Shown here in pieces: positions 1 to 11,571 of a stretch of 64,000 bases of DNA. Origin of the DNA: Haliotis rubra (lineage: Eukaryota); assembly GCF_003918875.1 (NCBI RefSeq), contig NW_025765443.1:62001-126000 (forward strand), read 5' to 3'. Each line of letters begins with the position of its first letter. The first letter of the stretch is position 1. The position numbers and the translations under genes are program-made. The notes under the pieces are model-generated. The model was not told the DNA's origin. It searched no databases and worked only from the letters and a program-made list of their open reading frames with translations.

Positions 1-404
1 TAGCTGATGTCAAATGTCAACAAGAACTGACAGGAAACAACCTCAATATAGAGAACAGCAATTATCTCACATTCTGCGAGGTGCAGATATTTGGTAGGTA
101 AACATACACCTGTTAGCTGAACATTTTAATTTATTCTAACGTTGTTATAAAAAGTAATTCAGTTAGGTCACAAGCTGCCTAATCAACTACAGATAGGTTT
201 GCAGTTATTTTTCCTCATTGTGCTGTTTGTTTTACCCGGTAGACTGGAATGAACTGTTTCCACAGTTTTGTTCATCATTAATGAACGTGAGTTATGTATT
301 CATTTCATGTTCATTTTCAGTTTGCAGTGACGGCTGGTTTGGTGAGGACTGTGAAAAACAGTGTCACTGTTCACTAAACACAGAAATATGCGACAAGATC
401 ACTG

Positions 405-1010
405 CTAATATAACTACAATAGATTCAGCAGTAAAAACAGAACTTCCATTAGTTAATCTGAGGGAAAGGGTGTCTTCATCAGCGGCTGCTGATACCTTAT
501 CCGTGTAAAGGCTTTGGTAAGAGGAGTATTTATCTTTAATTTCTAAGAATGCTTGTGGGTACAATAAGGTATTTGTAACAGCTTTCTTCAGTCTCGCCAT
601 GTCTAAATTAACATCCGGCTGAATGGACTACCAAGGCGGTATTTCTGGAATGTTAAATGTTGATATGTTCTCAAGATTTAAATGAGCATCCCTGATATGG
701 GACTGTATAGGTATACCAAGAGGTGGGGTTGAGTTTGATTAATTATCATTTAAATCCTTGTAGGAAGGATTCAATGCACAGTTTAAACCTGGGTTAGATG
801 GATTTGAGTGAAGTTTAGCAGTATATTGAAGTGCGAGTTTCATTCTCCTTAACTTTAAACATGGTTCGTTTGCTTCAACATTCATACTCTCGACTGGGGA
901 AGTTCTGAATGCCCCCAGACACATTCTGATACCTTGATTATGAATGGTATGGAGCTCTCTAAGATACGATTTGCGGGTTGAACCATAAATATAAACCTGA
1001 AGTGTGCTTC
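405..1010 (-). mobile_element. Fragment of an I-group LINE (RT C-terminal/RNase H region) inside an EGF exon
   Basis: Minus-strand ORFs contain HNQGIRMCLGAFRTSPVES and SVFTAE, matching ORF2 motifs of the LINE at 43702-49960. Confidence 0.8.
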
Positions 1011-1420
1011 TCACTATATATTAAGCATCTCTTCTTTTCCCGGAATAACCGCGTGTGAGGTTTTTCTTTGCTCTCAGGTTTTACTTTTTGTAAGTAAGAC
1101 CTCTTCCCTGGTCTTACTTTTTCCTAACTCTGTATGAACATCAACATTCAAATGATATATGAGTGGTTGAAATCAACTGAAAAATATCGTTCAAGATCAA
1201 TTTCAAAGTGCAAATGGTTTTGCTAACAGGATTAAAACCGCTTCTTTCAGATTAATAAGCGGACACTCTACCTCACGGCCACCTAGCCGCCGAAGCCGTT
1301 TTGGTTGAATTATCTATTTATAGTTACTGTCTTTAAATTGATTTTACTTGCGCTCCAGTTATTGTTATGTAGCTTCATTAAATGATCATCTATATTGTAA
1401 TTATCCATCATTGACGGTTT

Positions 1421-1562
1421 ATATGTTAGGGAAAACACATCCCCTCGGTTTTGGTAGAGAATGTAAAACCGAGGGAGGAGGGAAATCCCTCGGGCTATTT
1501 CCTCCTCCCTCGGTTTTACATTCTCTACCAAAACCGAGGGAAGTCTTTTCCCCCTAGACATA
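1421..1562. repeat. Near-perfect foldback/MITE-like inverted repeat
   Basis: ccctcggttttggtagagaatgtaaaaccgagggaggagg is followed, after a short loop, by its reverse complement. Confidence 0.75.
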
Positions 1563-2105
1563 AAGCATCCTTAGTCAAGTTTGGATCTGACTTATGATCA
1601 ACCTCACATCGACTCTGTTACACTCAAATAGCGACACGACTTTGATGCACTCATTGAGTTATATGTTTATTTGTACTACACGCTATCTAAACCTGCCAAT
1701 GCCATGTTGATTTATTTATGTCGCATATTGCAAGAATTCCGATTTTGTCTCTTCATAACGGCAATTGCCGCTGATATCAAATCTTCAGGAAGCCTTTGGA
1801 AATTGTTTCGCACAATAAAATCAACTATTAGAAAATGAAAGTCATCCCTTCTGTTATACATTTCATGTTGAAAGTTATTATACATTTGACACAGTTGTTC
1901 AGAATGTTACATTTTGTTTCCTTAACTGCTTCTTTAATATGACTTCAGCTGTCCATGCCTAAAGTAACTTTTGGTTATTTATGTAACCAGGAGAAGTAAA
2001 AGGTATGTGTAAATCTTTATTAGGATAGACAGATAATTGCTGTGGACAACGGAATATTTTCCTTGTATCTTAGCAAAGTGAACATTCTAGACTTAATGTG
2101 AGCAG

Positions 2106-2245
2106 CTTGTCAGAAGAGACGCTATGGTATGAACCGTGCGTCAAAGTGTGGAAACTGTTTTCATAATCATTTGTGGAATAAGTTCACAGGAATATTCTGA
2201 GTGGGATGTACAAGAGAATGCTACCCGTGTTCAAATGTGGTACAG
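2106..2245 (+). pseudogene. Decayed EGF pseudo-exon of unit A
   Basis: cag|ct tgt cag aag aga cgc tat ggt atg aac cgt gcg tca aag tgt gga aac tgt = ACQKRRYGMNRASKCGNC, followed by Cys losses and TGA. Confidence 0.6.
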
Positions 2246-2543
2246 CTACGAGGCAAATGGTGCTTGAATATTGAAGGAGTTGTGAATGAGTGAATTAATA
2301 TTTAGCTTCACACAGGCAATATTTCAGATATTTCGTGACGAGATCAAATTACGCATTACCACAATTACATGTATTTTTTAAACCGGTCACGAAGGTACAG
2401 TAACACAACTACATTAACATCATACATTCAGCTGTCGGCAATTTTGACAAAATTAGCCATGAATTAAAGGAACATATATTCCACGATTAAAACTGTGATC
2501 TGATTAAATATGATTTGTTTGTGTTTCGGTTTCATTAATGGCC

Positions 2544-2749
2544 GACCCGTGAAGGTCCGGGTTAGAATGAACTTTCAGTAACCCAAGCTGGTCGTAAGAG
2601 GCGACTAACGGGATCGGGTGGTCAGGCTCGGTGGCTTGTTTGACACTTGTCATCGGTCCCCAATTGCGCAGATAGATGCTCATAATTTTGATCACTGGAT
2701 TGTCTGGTCCAGACTCGATTATTTACAGACTGCCGCCATATAGCTGGAT
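2544..2749 (+). mobile_element. SINE-like family S1 (head GACCCGTGAAGG; no tRNA head), 3' truncated
   Basis: Dispersed repeat; at least seven copies in the window share gtcgtaagaggcgactaacgggatc and ggattgtctggtccagactcga. Confidence 0.8.
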
Positions 2750-4720
2750 AACAGTATAATATAAAACATGTGGTCAAGGGACACAAGAGGCACGATCAGT
2801 TCAGTGGTAGTTAAAACGCATTTTAATGCTGTAGTCACTCAGACATACATCGATGAAACCATTGGCGACAAACTTAAGTCACTTAATCATTAATGGCCAA
2901 CTATTGAGCTAACGATAAAATTATGTGTACGTTTGTTAATTACTATACTGTTGTAATCTGCATGTGGTCAACAAATTTCTCTTTCACATTGCTCGGTCCC
3001 TTTGCCACCCTGGAAATAGAGGACGTTAAATGCAAACAATATTGACATCATGAAACATTTATATGCGTACACAGCATGTCCAGATGGTTACTATGGTCCT
3101 AACTGTGGCGTCCAGTGTGGCAACTGTGTGGATGGTGATGTTTGCATCAAGACAAATGGAACATGCCCTGGAGGATGTGCACCAGGATGGTTCAACGAAA
3201 AGTGTAATCAGCGTAAGTCAGCTGCAGTTATTGATAGCGGTAACAACACTATGGTATTTTTTTATGTCTTATGTGTGACTATTCAACAGGAACATTAGCA
3301 AACATATTCCAAATGTACTCTTACGTCTGTGGTGACGGGGAGAAAATATCAAACTACGTCGGTACAACCAAGGTGTAAACAATTGGAGAGCTCTGAAGTT
3401 TGGATACCTCTCGTTCAGATTTGACTTTATCGTGTATCACCATAGGAAATTCCTGGTTAGCATGAACAAGCTTTCAGCAATCATCAAATCAACGTATATA
3501 TACATAGGAACTTGAGCAAACATGTCACGAGTAATGGACAATATGCCCCAAATGTCCTTGACATTTGGTGTTGTATGCATCCTGTTCACACAACAGACAC
3601 ATTTCAACTGCATCACCGAGGCTTATTATTGTTCACTGGGACGTGTTTATGTAACAGCATGCCCAGATGGACGTTATGGTGCCAATTGTGCGTGTCCGTG
3701 TGGTCACTGTCTGGACACTGACGTCTGTGACAAGGTGACGGGGGCATGTCCTGGAGGAAGATGTCAGTCTGGATGGTGGCCAGATTTCTGTTCACAAGGT
3801 TGGTATTAAATCTTCACTTGTTCCTGTTAATATGTCTTAAACGCTTTGTCTTGTCGTTAATGGTTAATAATACTTTACAGCTTGCAGTGACGGTCGTCAT
3901 GGACACCGCTGTTAGTCTGAGTGTGGCCAATGTAAAGGAAACCTGCCTTGTAACAAGGTCAATGGAACATGTCAACAAGGATGTCGGCCAGGGTTTCAAG
4001 AACCCTTTTGTAAAGGTGGGATGCAATTTTGAATGTGACGGAAGTTGTAATTTTTCTACCCTGTCCACTGTCCTGCTTTCTCTTTATATATCTCTTGAGG
4101 GTAACTTGGTAAGACATCAAGGCAGCTGATATGAACCCCTTATTTATGTTTTGAAAGGTTGTACAGAGTGCCCGGCAACGCCAGGATACTCAAACCAAGT
4201 AGTGCCAGTTGCAGCAACACTTGGTACACTTCTCATCTTGGCTCTCATCGCTCTGTTGACATCCATCATTTACATTAGAAGGTACGGGGATGATAAGGTA
4301 TAAACTATATACATTGATATTCACTACGGGGAATGACATTTTGTGCCAATTTGACCAGAGATTATACATTGGAATTCATTTCTTACGGAGAATGATATAA
4401 TGTCTACATCATAATTGTAAGGATTAAAACATTGCAGACTGAAGATTCAACTGGATGCCTCACAAAAGAAACCCGAAGACAACTACATATCCCTAGACGA
4501 GAGAACCAGGGATCCAGTTGTGGAGAACACATATGAATACACTGACAATTCCAATCCTTATGTTAATGCAGTGGAAGTCCCCCAGGGCCGAATTTAAACT
4601 GAATTGTTGCATAAAGCGTCGTGTCTTAATGTACATTGATATAGAGTAGTCTTGTGCAAAGTAAATTGTTCTGAGTGTAGACAAGCGTAGTTTCTCACTT
4701 TAGGTCACTTTTAGAGTATA

Positions 4721-4966
4721 GACCCGTGAAGGTCCAGGTTAGAATCAACCTTCAGTAACCCATGCTTGTCGTAAGAGGCGACTAACGGGATCGGGTGGTC
4801 AGATTCGCTGACTTGGTTGACACATGTCATTGTATCGCACCGTGTAGATCGATGCTCATGCTGCTGATCACTCGATTGTCTGGTCCAGACTCGATTATCT
4901 ACAGACCGCCGCCATATAGCTGGAATATTGCTGACTGCGGCGTAAAGCTCAACTCACTCACTCACT
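4721..4966 (+). mobile_element. SINE-like family S1, full length with (ACTC)n tail
   Basis: Matches other S1 copies and is absent from the paralogous 3' UTR of unit C (~35255). Confidence 0.85.
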
Positions 4967-5155
4967 ATTAGTGTACAACTCAAGCAAGTCGTGCTCTGGC
5001 GTGAAATATCTGCAATATCACGATTGTGAATATGGTTAGTCAGCCTGTATCTTTTATCAAATACAATGATTTGAGTCCTCCTTTCAACAGTTATTGCATC
5101 CGACGTATTGTTACCTCAACGCTTGTTAACACGTCTTGCCATCGGTCTGGTGAAG

Positions 5156-5583
5156 TGAGTGAGTGAGTGAGTTATTATTTAACGTCACATCGGCAATATT
5201 TCAGCCATATCGTGACGAGAACACTTGACATTGAAATAGAATATGTATAGTGATTATAAAACCTGCCGACAAAAGACAGTAAAGCAACTAGAGTATCACA
5301 GATAGATATGTAAAACTAGTAATAGAATCTTAAACAGTTAAACTATAGGGGACAACACAATATAAATATTGGCTATAGATCGCTAACAACTGAAGATAGA
5401 TCACCATACTAGGGACCATGGGGACTTACAGTACATTTGCTTCCTGCATGGGCCCTAGCTGGATTTACATCATCCCCTCAGTTGTTAGCAATTAAGATAT
5501 ATCTAGCCATACATTAAAATTACACATATTCTACAATTAAAAAACGAAAAGTTGAAATTTGAATGTTTTGGGACTTACGTACC
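5156..5583 (-). mobile_element. 5'-truncated 3' UTR of the Nimb-like LINE
   Basis: Reverse complement of the LINE 3' end, with (GAGT)n tail and 13-bp TSD cggtctggtgaag. Confidence 0.9.
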
Positions 5584-7079
5584 CGGTCTGGTGAAGGAAA
5601 TGTGACTTTTTAGTTAATTGGGTCCACTGTCCACCGCTAGTGTAGTCCGCAACTCTGGCGACATCGATATTGAAACTGAGAAGTTGCCATCACCATTGGC
5701 GGTCTTGTTGGGAACCTTGCATGAACGCAGTAGAAGCGTAGACATTCTCGGACTATCCTTGCAGATACGCCTCCGTTGCGAGGGATAGTACGGACTGTGA
5801 GAGGTGCTGAATCGATGTCTTGTCCAGCGGTTGTCACAGGTTAGCAGCACATGTGGGGCCAGTTTCTGATGCAGTTCTTCAGTTGATATCATCCCAAAAA
5901 CTGCAACCATGTGACTTTGACATTCCTGACGCTGCAAATATCTCGCCATCATTTTCATTTAGGTGCGACATAGTAAAGCTTAACCAAAACACCAAAAGTA
6001 TTGCTTATTGAACTCAGCACCTTTGAATATAGCTCGTTATTGTACAGTGTATGACCTTTTGTAAATATTATTTGAAATATTTCTCCCTGAATAACTGTTT
6101 CCTGTTGAAACGTTTGCTTATCCACCCGAATATGTAACTTTGAAGGGGTACATCATGTGAAGTCTCCTGTTCCTCGATATTAGGTTGAAAGTTGTACAAA
6201 GCTATGTTACTTGAACCATATTAAATACCAAACATACTTATTTAATATAGTATTCAGACATTGTTTGAAACATTAAAAAATCAATCACTTTTGAAGCGTT
6301 TCTTTTTTACCAGGAAGATGTAAGTTTGATTCACAGAATGGGTGAAGTCTGTTCTTAGTGTTGTTTGTTGTGGCAAAGTGTTAGCAAATTGCACAAAACT
6401 ATGTTACTTTAACAACATTCCTGCACTGAAATGCATCACCTCAAAATTGTATATACTAGGAATAATGTTAATATCGTTTCATAGATATCTAACGTTTACA
6501 CATGTCAGTATGTACATATTTCACTGACATCTTTTTTCATGAATGTCAAACATATTACCAATAATGAGCCTCAAGCACCTATAGTTTCATATGTGTCGAA
6601 CTTGCCCTATGTAAATGCGTTATTGTATACGTGTCAAATATACCACTGAGAGGTGCTTTGTAAGATCAAAACCGCGGCATGCTGGTATGTTCATATCTCA
6701 CTGACACCTTTTTTCATGACTGCCAAATATTTTTCAGCGCATCACAAATAATAAGCCTTCGTCATATTGTAGTAAATTATATGTTCTGTCATCTCATGGT
6801 TTGCTCTTTCCAAATGATATTGTTTTAATTTGTAACATATATGTATCCAAATGAACAACACGCTGTTTTTTCCATAACGCGGATTTAGAGCGTCTGGGGT
6901 CTCCCTCACATCCATTTAAATGAATATACAGCATGGTTGTGCACATGAGCTTACATTTCATTTTCATTTGTATAGCAAATGTATGTAGACTATGTCGCCT
7001 GGTAGCAAGTAAACCAGGCTATGTTTGCACAAAGCACGACAGGACGAGACTATAATGTTTCCCATACGTGTTTCATTTA

Positions 7080-8687
7080 AACAACTTCCTGGTAGCCTGG
7101 ATATGTACTGGTGTTCAGACAGGCGACTGTGGGTTGTTGACGAGAGGTGAGTAGCGCAGGGACATAGTTTAGCTCTTACCCGTTGTATACTGAGTCAAAA
7201 AAGAAACTTCACAAAATGTATTTGAAAAATAATGGGTAATTTTTCTCTGATGATACATCTATGTATCCGAAATTGGATCCCTATCTTTCGACTCTAGAAA
7301 AACGTTAGCAAAACCCACTCAAACCCATCCATACGTCTTGCAAATTACGTTAGTGCCAAATCAGGTTTTGCATGTGCAGTCGACCCCTGAACTCGTGCCT
7401 TTCATGGCGGCTCATGGCCCAGGTCTACAGTTCCAGCATGATAATGTTCGGCCGCATACCGCGATGTTGACACGAAATCTCCTTCAAAACGCTGGAATCA
7501 ACGTCATGGACTGGCAATCGAGGTCCCCTGACCTTAGTCCAATAGATCACGTCACGTTTGGGATGCACTTGAGAGAAGGCTTCGTGGTCTTAGGAACCAA
7601 CCTCAGAATTTGCAGGAACTTGACGCTGCCTTGCAAGAGCAATGGCGCAGAATCCCCAACCACGTGTTCACAAGCATCAGGCAGTCGATGAGGAGACGTT
7701 GTTTGGCAGTGGTGAATGGGCGGGGCGGCCATACACGAAATTGAACTGAGAAATTTCGCATTTTTATTCTTGTGACTTGACATTCTGACCTCAGACCAGC
7801 AACCCGCATCTGATGGCGCTGGTGGAGAAATTACATGTTTTATCTATCGGGCTGTTGAAACATATTCAATTAGAACGGGTATTGCAGCAGTGAACTAAAC
7901 ATTTTGCACCGATCTATTAGGACTCTTAACATTAAGTATAATCCTGTTATTACTTAAATTCAATGCCCAGTGAGGTTTTCTTTATTGAATTGTTCATCTT
8001 TTCAACAACAATGAAAAATGTATCTATCCATCAACTGTATTCATTCAGTAGAGTATACCACAGGCCCATGATACAATAGCAAAACTGGAGTCCACGTCTC
8101 ACGGTGCCTGTTTGTTTCTAATCCACATTACTATGTATATATCAATGGTAAGCGTATTGACCGTGCATTCGTTCGTGTACGCCATTAACAGATTGACTTG
8201 GTGTTATCCAAATTTTCACACAAATGGTAATATTTGAACGTACTGAATCGTCTTTGTAGGCCATACATGGTGTCATGGTTGTTCGTCTGTGTCCTGCGCT
8301 GAGAATGTGGGTTGGAATAACGGATGGGACTCAACACACAACAACACTAAAATGTGTACTTTGTTTAGAAATTTTAATCTTAAATATAACATATGTTATG
8401 TTACATTTAACAACTTTTTGAAAGAAAATGTGTATTCATGTTTGAGTTGGCGAATATGTTTTATCAAAGTGTTAGGTTATAAATGCATTACATACAGTTC
8501 TACATTATGTATATGGTGACTTTATCTGAAAATGTCAACCAATTATCAGTTTGCAGTGATGAGTGGTTTTCTGAAGATTGTGACAAAGAGTGCAGGTGCC
8601 TTAGCAGTGCTGATGTATGTGACAAGCCCACTGGTCGCTGTTCTAGGGGATGTCTCCCAGGATATTATGGAACCGACCGCCAAACAG
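7080..8687 (+). pseudogene. Unit B remnant: putative non-coding first exon (donor after 7146), Tc1-associated deletion, then a single EGF exon 8550-8687
   Basis: The 7000-7180 region parallels 39030-39215 upstream of unit D. Sequence from ~7833 matches the intron after the FTP C-exon (19643+). The exon reads VCSDEWFSEDCDKECRC...GTDRQT. Confidence 0.65.
7189..7832 (+). mobile_element. Internally deleted Tc1-family element
   Basis: TA-tactgagtcaaaaaagaaact terminus; transposase remnant FQHDNVRPH...WQSRSPDLSPIDHV...GGHT. Confidence 0.8.
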
Positions 8688-8726
8688 GTTTGAGCATAGC
8701 TAGAATTTTAGTTAAATTTGATAAAG

Positions 8727-8971
8727 TGAGTGAGTGAGTTTAGTTTTACGCCACACTCAGCAATATTACAGCTATATGGCGGCGGTCTGAAAATAATCGA
8801 GCCTGGACCATACAATCCAGTGATCAACAGCATGGGCATCGATCTGCGCAATTGGGAACCGATGACATCCGTCAACCAAGTCAGCGAGCCTGACCACGCG
8901 ATCCAGTTAGTCGCCTCTTACAACAAGCATGGGTTACTGAAGATCAATATTCTAACCCGGACCTTCACGGG
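8727..8971 (-). mobile_element. SINE-like family S1
   Basis: Reverse-complement S1 with TSD ttaaatttgataaag; duplicated at 20553-20796. Confidence 0.85.
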
Positions 8972-9028
8972 TTAAATTTGATAAAGAGTCTGCATATGCG
9001 TCAGATGTATGTTTCCTTTCCTGAATGA

Positions 9029-9101
9029 GTCCACACGGGGGTTGAAAGGCTCTTAGCGTTACCCAGCACGCACCACGAGGAGGTGGCTCTTCACGGGTGC
9101 C
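9029..9101 (-). ncRNA. Isolated LINE 5' head containing an HDV-like ribozyme
   Basis: Reverse complement GGCACCC G TGAAGAGCC ACC TCCTCGT GGT GCGTGCT GG GTAAC GCTAA GAGCCTTTCA is homologous to 22607-22665, with one P1 mismatch. Confidence 0.7.
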
Positions 9102-9880
9102 TCATGCTTCATTTATTCACTTCCTGGTAATTCATACCGGTATAGCTGTACAGTGTATTGAACAACTGTCAGATTCTGTATGTGATAACATCCTACGATC
9201 CTGTTAGTCAGATATTGGTCATTAACATACATCGTTACCTGCTCTTTCCTACACAGTGATTTATGAACTAGACCATATCTTAGTCTTGAAAAACATTTCT
9301 TCAGAACAATTTCAATTACGTATTTCAATAGAACCGCCCTCCTCTGCTTTTTTTCATATGTATATGAAGGGAACGTGACTCTGCTCACCGTGACCTAGAT
9401 TTACGCAGGATTTTAGATGCATACAAACTGCAAAATGGACTTAGGACTATGTATAACAAAGCAATATCGCGTTTAATGCACAGCGAATGTAAACATTTCA
9501 CGATCACACCACAGTTGCACTGCGCTTTGTTCAGACATATCTCCACGACCGTACACTGAATATAAACCTATAACTGCATTTGGCTATGCGTACTATTCTT
9601 AATATATCCCCAGCTAGCTGCTATGAAAGCCTCTTTCTATCCTCGTAGTCTGTGTAAACGCGTCAAGTTGTCGATTGTGCCACAGTATCTGATAAAAACG
9701 AGTTTCTGTTTATTACAACGAATTTCTATGGCTATTGAATGTCTACATACAGCAGAGCATAAAGATGTTACAATCGAGTGCATACATGCTTGAGCGAATT
9801 ATGAATCAGTGTTAAGCTATATGAATCCTGAAATTTCCTTCCTTCTGAAATGTCGGTTACAGAACGAATTGAGATATATA

Positions 9881-11445
9881 TACTCCTCAAAGTTTGATAA
9901 GGATCATATTTTTCAGCACTTGTAAAACTGTCAACAAAGGTGAATGACAACCAACACAGAGTGATTTATGTTCAGAAATGTTTACTTCAAGAAATTGTGA
10001 CAGAAAAATTTGGCAAACATGACATTTCATCGCGTACTCCTAAGGTAAAGGGAGAGTACCATAAAAAGCATGGTAATTTCATGATCACGAAATTGTTTAA
10101 ACTCTGCACATTCCATTTCACACTGCACAAACAAGTGTCAATAGCGGGTATGGCCTCCGTTAGCTCCAATGACAGCTTGGCAACGTCGTCTATGCTTCCA
10201 ACGAGGTTTTGAATGGACGCAAGAGAGAGATTGTTCCATTCTTGGATCAGAACATTTTCAAGTTCCTGGAGGGTGGTTGGTTGTACAGGACGACGTGAAA
10301 TCGCTACCTGAAGCATATTCCAGACATGCTCGATAGGGTTGAGGTCTGGAGAACGAGCTGGCCAGTCCATACGAACAATTGTCTCACGTTCCAGGTACTC
10401 GTCCACCACCCTAGCACGATGTGGACGTGCATTATCGTCCATGAGGGTGAAGTCAGGACCAACAGCACCAGCATATGGTCTCACGTACACATCCAGGACT
10501 TCATCCCTGTAGCGGACTCCCGGTCATCGTGCCTCGCCTTAGGACATGGAGATCAGTTCGTCCAGCTCGACTGATTCCTCCCCAAATCATCAACGACCCA
10601 CCACCATATCTGTCGTGTTCAGCAACATTAGCGTCCTGATATCGTTCTCCTGCCCTTCTCCACACACGACGATCTGTGAAGTCAACACAAAACCTCGACT
10701 CGTCTGTGAAAAGTACAGGGGCCCAATCAACAACCCTCCAATTCACATGAGCCCTGGCCCAATTCAAACGATCTTGTCTGTGTCGCTGAGTAAGAGGAAT
10801 GCGAATACAGGCTCTCCGGGAACGAAGACCAGCTTCATGAAAACGATTACGCACAGTTTGCGTGGAAATGTTAACTCCAGTTGCATTCAGAAGATCATTT
10901 CTAAGCGCAGTCGCCGTTGCAAACCGATGACGTCGTGCTGAAATCAAGAGAAAACGGTCACCTTGCTGCGTGGTGGACCTTTCTCTGCCGCCTCCATGTC
11001 GATGAGAAGCTGAACCATGAGATTGATACCGGTTCCAAGCTCTGCAAACAACGCTCTGACTGACACCCAATAGCTCTGCAACGTGACGTTGTCTTGCACC
11101 ATTTTCGAGCATTCCTATGCATCTGGCCAATTCTTCAACAGTCAAACGACGTCTTTGACGTTGTGGAGGCATTTTCATAGAGTAACAGTGACTTAAACGA
11201 TGTCAGATGTAAAGACAATGCCCAAATTCAAATCAACGACAAGCACTCAGAAATGTGAAAAATGTGGGTACCATGCTTCACGTGCTACTCATGATCATTG
11301 CAGCATGCATTTCCCTACCTAACCTGTGTTTTGAGGCTCAAGAGGGGTCAGTCCAACATTGTGATGAAATTTGCGTGTCATATCAATTCATATATTGATT
11401 TTATAATGTAAGAACTATATGATCCTTATCAAACTTTGAGTAGTA
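9881..11445 (-). mobile_element. Tc1-family DNA transposon, frameshifted transposase (11178-10501, 10490-~10145)
   Basis: ~29-bp TIRs tact(c/a)ctcaaagtttgataaggatcatat with TA flanks; motifs FTDESRF, DDNARPH and WPARSPDLNPIEHVW; empty paralogous site at ~22160. Confidence 0.95.
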
Positions 11446-11571
11446 TATATAACAATTAGAACAATATATCCTTTCCCACTTTTTCCTAGCATTCATAGCC
11501 GTTCTGCAATCATCGGTATATCAAGGCGTATGTACACGTGGATTTGTCGAGGTGCTTTGATGAAGGCGGAT

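Larger units (their letters stand above)
1..4597 (+). pseudogene. Unit A: 3' part of an F-type lectin/EGF/TM/Tyr-motif receptor paralog, damaged. Exons <1-93 (FTP C-half), 321-404 (EGF, interrupted), 3075-3212, 3658-3798, 3881-4015 (EGF; TAG at 3913), 4158-4281 (TM), 4438-4597 (cytoplasmic)
   Basis: Exon translations ...LTFCEVQIF, VCSDGWFGEDCEKQCHC, ACPDGYYGPNCG, TM VVPVAATLGTLLILALIALLTSIIYIRR and tail EDNYISL..ENTYEY..NPYVN, with AG/GT borders. The first EGF exon is cut by an antisense LINE piece, and there is a CAG>TAG change relative to unit C. Confidence 0.85.

Noticed and set aside
5614-5958. GC-richer 114-aa minus-strand ORF
   Set aside because: No recognisable motif; the segment is missing from the paralogous region behind unit C, so it is probably an unclassified insertion.
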